The notes under the pieces: model-generated | The model's input: the letters and a program-made list of their open reading frames with translations, nothing else | Database searches by the model: none | What the model was told of the DNA's origin: nothing | Translations under genes and position numbers: made by a program | Assembly: GCA_950097015.1 (NCBI GenBank) | Contig: CATNEN010000037.1 | Location: 930,001 to 994,000, forward strand | From: Macrostomum hystrix | Taxonomy: Eukaryota; Animalia; Platyhelminthes | Reading direction: 5' to 3' | DNA: 64,000 bases | Shown here: positions 38,385 to 64,000 of the stretch, in pieces | Layout: every line of letters starts with the position of its first letter | Numbering within the stretch: position 1 is the stretch's first letter

Positions 38385-38930
38385 ATCGGATGAACTGACA
38401 GATAGGAACGGATGAACTGACAGATATGAATGGATGAACTGACAGATATGAATGGATGAACTGACAGATATGAATGGATGAACTGACAGATATGAATGGA
38501 TGAACTGACAGATATGAATGGATGAACTGACAGATATGAATGGATGAACTGACAGATATGAATGGATGAACTGACAGATATGAATGGATGAACTGACAGA
38601 TATGAATGGATGAACTGACAGATATGAATGGATGAACTGACAGATATGAATGGATGAACTGACAGATATGAATGGATGAACTGACAGATATGAATGGATG
38701 AACTGACAGATATGAATGGATGAACTGACAGATAGGAACGGGTGAACTGACAGATAGGAACGGATGAACTGACAGATACGAAGGGCTGAACTGATAGATA
38801 GGAAGGGATGAACTGACAAATTAGAAGGGATGAACTGACAAATTAGAAAGGATGAACTGACAGATAGGAATGGAGGAACTGACAGATTAGAAAGAAGAAC
38901 TGACAGACGGACTGAATGAACTGACAGATT
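38385..38930. repeat. 22-bp minisatellite (TGGATGAACTGACAGATATGAA), about 25 copies
   Basis: Seen directly. Confidence 0.95.
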
Positions 38931-39825
38931 TTTCTACCATTGTATTTTTGGTGTGTTCAGTGTAGCGCAAACACTTTCTCTGATTCTATCGATCCTTTTT
39001 CTATTTAAAAAAACAAGCTGCATTGGAAGCGATCTAATCACACTGTCTGCTCACAGCGCGTAGCGGAGGCCTGAGTCTAACCAGTTTGAGATGGATAGGA
39101 TTACGATGTGATCTCTCAGTGCAGACAGACGCGGGTAGGGATCTAATGAAGACTAAGGATGAGAAAGTACCTCTGGATGCACTCGGACTTTGCCTCTGAT
39201 TCAAAGAGGGACGAGAGACAGAGAAAGATAGACTGAGGAGCTGATAGGAAAAGTACATTGTATGTTCACAGGCCTGCATCCGCACAGAAGTGTGTGAACA
39301 GGAGAATATTTCGTTCCAGTCTCTCCGATGGCAGAGGGGTCGCCGCCCCCATCGTACCACCTTCCCGTCTTCCCTTGTCCTCGTGTCACCAATGTCCAGT
39401 GCAGTCAAATCATCAGGATTTCATCTCTTTTTTCTGCCCCTCCCCTAGTCTCCTCCACTCAGAGAATCTGCTGGCAAATCCGTGGAGGACAGCGCAGTGG
39501 AAGAGAAGAATTGTTGGGGTGGGTGGGTGTTAAAATTCCCCTCTTCCCAATGCCGGGGCGGGAGGTGTATAGAGGTGGGTACGGAGGGAGGGGGGTGGTT
39601 GCTTTGCACGGCCATCCCAAAATTCCTTCCTTCCCCTTTAATTTGGCAGCCGGGGAGTGTGCTCACGTCTCCAACCTCCTCCAACTTACGTCTCGCTGAA
39701 TTTCAAAGCCATCCCACCTTCCAAACACACACAACAGGCCCCCGCGCTACTTCCATCCAGAAGTGATCAGTTCTACTTCATTTGGTCAAATTACATCTGC
39801 AGTTCACTAAGAAAAGCTTGAAACA

Positions 39826-60242
<20,417 letters not shown>

Positions 60243-61867
60243 TTCTTGCAGCCATCTGGCCTCTTTAACGCACAAAAGGCGAATATATCTTCAATTGCCT
60301 GATCAGTCAATTCATTAAAGTCAACAGCTCAGGCACATCAAATCGTCTCTTTTCGTACGATAAATCCAGAGAAAACGGCTTGTTGTAGACAGAAAACTGT
60401 AAGATGATTGCTTGTTCCAACTCTCGTACACATTCGCTTTTTTCTCCAGCTACACGTAATTTTTGATGCAAATCAAACTGTTGTCTCTCAATGTATTTGT
60501 AGCTAGTTCATTGTCTCATTCCTTTGTCAATCTTTGAACCTTTTTCATTGCTTTTGGAAGGAGCATACATGTGAGTCAGCATTAGAAAATTTACAATAAT
60601 TGCAGCCGTACTTTAAAAAACAAATTTCCCTCATTTTCCAAGCTCCTACTACTCGAAGTAGTCACACTGTAATATCATCTAACAATATTCAATTCAGCTT
60701 AAAATGTCTTGCTGTTCAATTTCTATGCATCTTTACTGTTATACTATGCTTTTCATGTACTTTTTACTCAACCTGTTACAGATGTCATTAGACCTAAAAG
60801 TTCTCTGGTTTGCAGAACTGCTGATTTATGCAATCTTCACTGCTTTTAATGAAAACTTAAATTTTATTTGCTCTTTTTATCTTCCTTGTTAATAACACGT
60901 TTAATTTATAAAGAAATCAAAAGTCTTTGTTAAATAGTTGTTAATTAACGATTAACAACACACTACTAGCAGTATAGTTGCCGTATGGATAAAATAGGAG
61001 TTTAATTCCTGAACAAATATTATTTTTTCATTAATTCAAGCTGGCACAGTTGGATTACCTACATTTTTCTCATTTACTTTTCACACATCTAACCGGTTGA
61101 CTCTTTTAAAATAAAATAATAGCTTGTTTTTAGTTAAATCTCTGTTAGAAATGTTTTTAATTGTTTTCTATTGTCATGCTTAACACAGACGTATTAAATT
61201 ATTAATTTGCTTTTCTATATTAGCCGTGTCTTTGAAATTGACGAACTTAGCTACTACTAAAATAACAAAAAAGCTTTTTAGTACGTTTGAAGGTTAGGAT
61301 AAGTTAAAACATATTTAAAAAATTCTGAACAAAGATACAGCACACTTAGCTGCAAATCACTGTTATTTAAAGAAACGACATGTAACTAAATGTATAATTT
61401 ATTGTCTCGCTTGTTGCTTTTGCTAAAAAAATATAATACGAGCGGAACAATAACTATTTAAATGTGATTGGCAAATTCAACCCACTATAAATTCAATATA
61501 TGCTAGCTTGCTGGAAATTTTTACTTGCATAATCAAACTGCGTTTGTGTTTTCAACTATATGTACTCGTATGCTTTTCTGTGCACGATTTTTGCTATAAA
61601 AACATTTTTGTTAAGCTATATTCAAGCGATATTGCAATACCATTTTTTGCAATACCACGCCTGTTCAAACCTATCAAGAAATAAACTACCTTCGTAGAAC
61701 TACCGAACCACTAGCATAGGTTGTTCAAAATATGATGAAAAAACTGATTTATAGAAATTCACACGTGTTATTGATTACTGTCTAATAAGTATAGCTTCCA
61801 CTGGTACAGCCTTTTGTGTGACTTAAAAATGGTTTCATTATGCAGTAATGAAATGATTAGTGTACAG

Positions 61868-62703
61868 TAATGGTAGCATTGTACAGCCTTCTGTGTGTCT
61901 TGATGGTAGCATTGTACAGCCTTCAGTGTGTCTTGATGGTAGCATTGTACAGCATTCAGTGTTTCTTGATGGTAGCATTGTACAGCATTCAGTGTGTCTT
62001 GATGGTAGCATTGTACAGCCTTCAGTGTGTCTTGATGGTTGCATTGTACAGCATTCAGTGTGTCTTGATGGTTGCATTGTACAGCCTTCAGTGTTTCTTG
62101 ATGGTAGCATTGTACAGCATTCAGTGTGTCTTGATGGTTGCATTGTACAGCCTTCAGTGTTTCTTGATGGTTGCATTGTACAGCATTCAGTGTGTCTTGA
62201 TAGTAGCATTGTACAGCCTTCAGTGTGTCTTGATAGTTGCATTGTACAGCATTCAGTGTTTCTTGATGGTAGCATTGTACAGCATTCAGTGTTTCTTGAT
62301 GGTAGCATTGTACAGCATTCAGTGTGTCTTGATGGTAGCATTGTACAGCATTCAGTGTGTCTTGATGGTAGCATTGTACAGCATTCAGTGTTTCTTGATG
62401 GTAGCATTGTACAGCATTCAGTGTGTCTTGATGGTTGCATTGTACAGCCTTCAGTGTGTCTTGATGGTAGCATTGTACAGCATTCAGTGTGTCCTGATGG
62501 TTGTATTGTACAGCATTCAGTGTTTCTTGATGGTAGCATTGTACAGCCTTCAGTGTTTCTTGATGGTAGCATTGTACAGCATTCAGTGTGTCTTGATGGT
62601 AGCATTGTACAGCCTTCAGTGTTTCTTGATGGTAGCATTGTACAGCATTCAGTGTTTCTTGATGGTAGCATTGTACAGCCTTCAGTGTTTCTTGATGGTT
62701 GTA
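61868..62703. repeat. 33-bp minisatellite (TGATGGTAGCATTGTACAGCCTTCAGTGTGTCT), about 25 copies
   Basis: Seen directly; explains the 11-aa periodic ORFs. Confidence 0.96.
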
Positions 62704-63645
62704 TTACACGGCCTTAAGTGTGTAGTGTAGTGTACTAGTAGTGAAGAAAAAAACAAAGTATTTAGGCATATAATCGTAGCACATTGTGGCACTGTAACTT
62801 ATAAGAAATAAAACAATTATCGTGCCTACAATAAGTGCAGTCTATTTTAACAATGCATGCAGCGGTACAAATATTTTAGGACGCTTGTCTGGTCCAAGAA
62901 GAAGACAACTAGCTAGGAATACACTAGGCTTGAGTATAATTTTGCATTTCGATTATAAGTTAAAACTGAGAATCGTTTTGGCTCAGTGCAACTGGTGCAT
63001 AGATGTGTTTGGCAATAATTAAATCGTTGCTTTAATTCATGTTTATGGTTATAAGATGTTTATAAAAACTCTGTGCATTGAGCAGCAATATAAATAGTTA
63101 CCTGTGCATAATGCATAATTATACAATACATTAAATTAATAAAGACTAACGAATTCAAGCAAAGCTTGTCAGCTGCGAGAAAACTGCAGATTCACAGAAA
63201 ACGAAGACTTAAAATATTTCTATTCGCACTAATATTTATAATGCTACTTTTACTTCATCAACGGCTATGCAACTACTATAAAAGCAACAAATAGTAAAGT
63301 TTCTGCTACTACTTCTCCCTTATTACACTTGCAGCTACCCAGTTTCAAAATAAAAAAGACATCTGCCAAAATTTACTTAAGCTCTTCTACTACGCTCGAA
63401 AAAAAAAATAAAAAAAAAAATGAATACATTTTAGACTAGCTTCAGTTTTATATTGCTAAAAGTAGTAAAGTTGTGCGTGCTTTAATAAATAGAATATAGC
63501 AAGCAGGTGAATGACGCGACATGCAGGTGCAAAGATGACCACACTCAGGACAAATAAAGAGTTAAATTTGATTTGTTTGCCGAGCCGAGATCAATGATTT
63601 AGTCCAGATGTTTCCATGGCAACTAAAACTAATATGACGCCGTAG

Positions 63646-64000
63646 TTAAAAACCATCTCGACGAATCAGGCGCAGATTGTAGGGCGACGGGCAGGCGACC
63701 AGCCCGACGGTGCCGTCAGTGGCTAGCAGGCGCTCAGCCTGGCGCTGACTGGCGCAGTCGATGCCGCAGCGGTCACTCTCGCAGCAGTCTTTGTCGTCCT
63801 CAACGCCGTCAACTTGAACTCGGATGCGGAAGCGCCGCAGGAAGCAAGCGGTTGCTAGGAAGATCTCCATGCGGGCCAGCTGTTCGCCCAGACAGCCGCG
63901 CGGACCAACCGAAAACGGCAGCGCTTGCGGCAAAGCCCGAAAGACGACATCGCCGTTTTCGGCGTCGAGAAATCGCTCGGGTCGAAACTCTGTCGGGTCG
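63646..64000 (-). CDS. Cytochrome P450, C-terminal exon (partial; gene extends beyond the window end)
   Basis: The frame from 63999 reads DPTEFRPERFLD (PERF motif)...LPFSVGPRGCLGEQLARMEIFL (FxxGxRxCxG heme-binding motif) to the stop at 63646. Style is CYP2-clan-like, but the family cannot be assigned. Confidence 0.95.
   Translation of the reverse strand, partial: DPTEFRPERFLDAENGDVVFRALPQALPFSVGPRGCLGEQLARMEIFLATACFLRRFRIRVQVDGVEDDKDCCESDRCGIDCASQRQAERLLATDGTVGLVACPSPYNLRLIRRDGF

Overview
Eukaryotic (invertebrate metazoan) genomic DNA, not prokaryotic. It has GC-richer spliced exons in AT-rich introns and is very rich in tandem repeats. The style is reminiscent of Macrostomum-type flatworm genomes, but the taxon is only an inference. 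I reconstructed six protein genes by hand from splice sites. Minus strand: a PP2A B56 regulatory subunit (3'-truncated by the window start), a 4-exon 14-3-3 epsilon, a 6-exon UBE2H whose first intron has U12-type (minor spliceosome) signals, a 2-exon orphan type-I membrane protein, and the last exon of a cytochrome P450. Plus strand: a 9-exon secreted, probably GPI-anchored protein with 3 Ig-like domains and 1 FN3 domain. Mobile DNA includes two hAT-type non-autonomous DNA elements with intact TIRs and 8-bp TSDs, two tRNA-derived SINE families (one CORE-like and young) and a foldback-like inverted minisatellite. About 23 tandem arrays fill roughly a third of the window, including a 7.1-kb polypyrimidine array with a 1513-bp higher-order repeat and a ~277-unit CTG tract. 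The most notable observations are the U12 intron, a TGTCA/TGTCT core shared by many unrelated minisatellites, and the foldback structure next to a splice acceptor. I found no clear evidence of a wholly new gene system.
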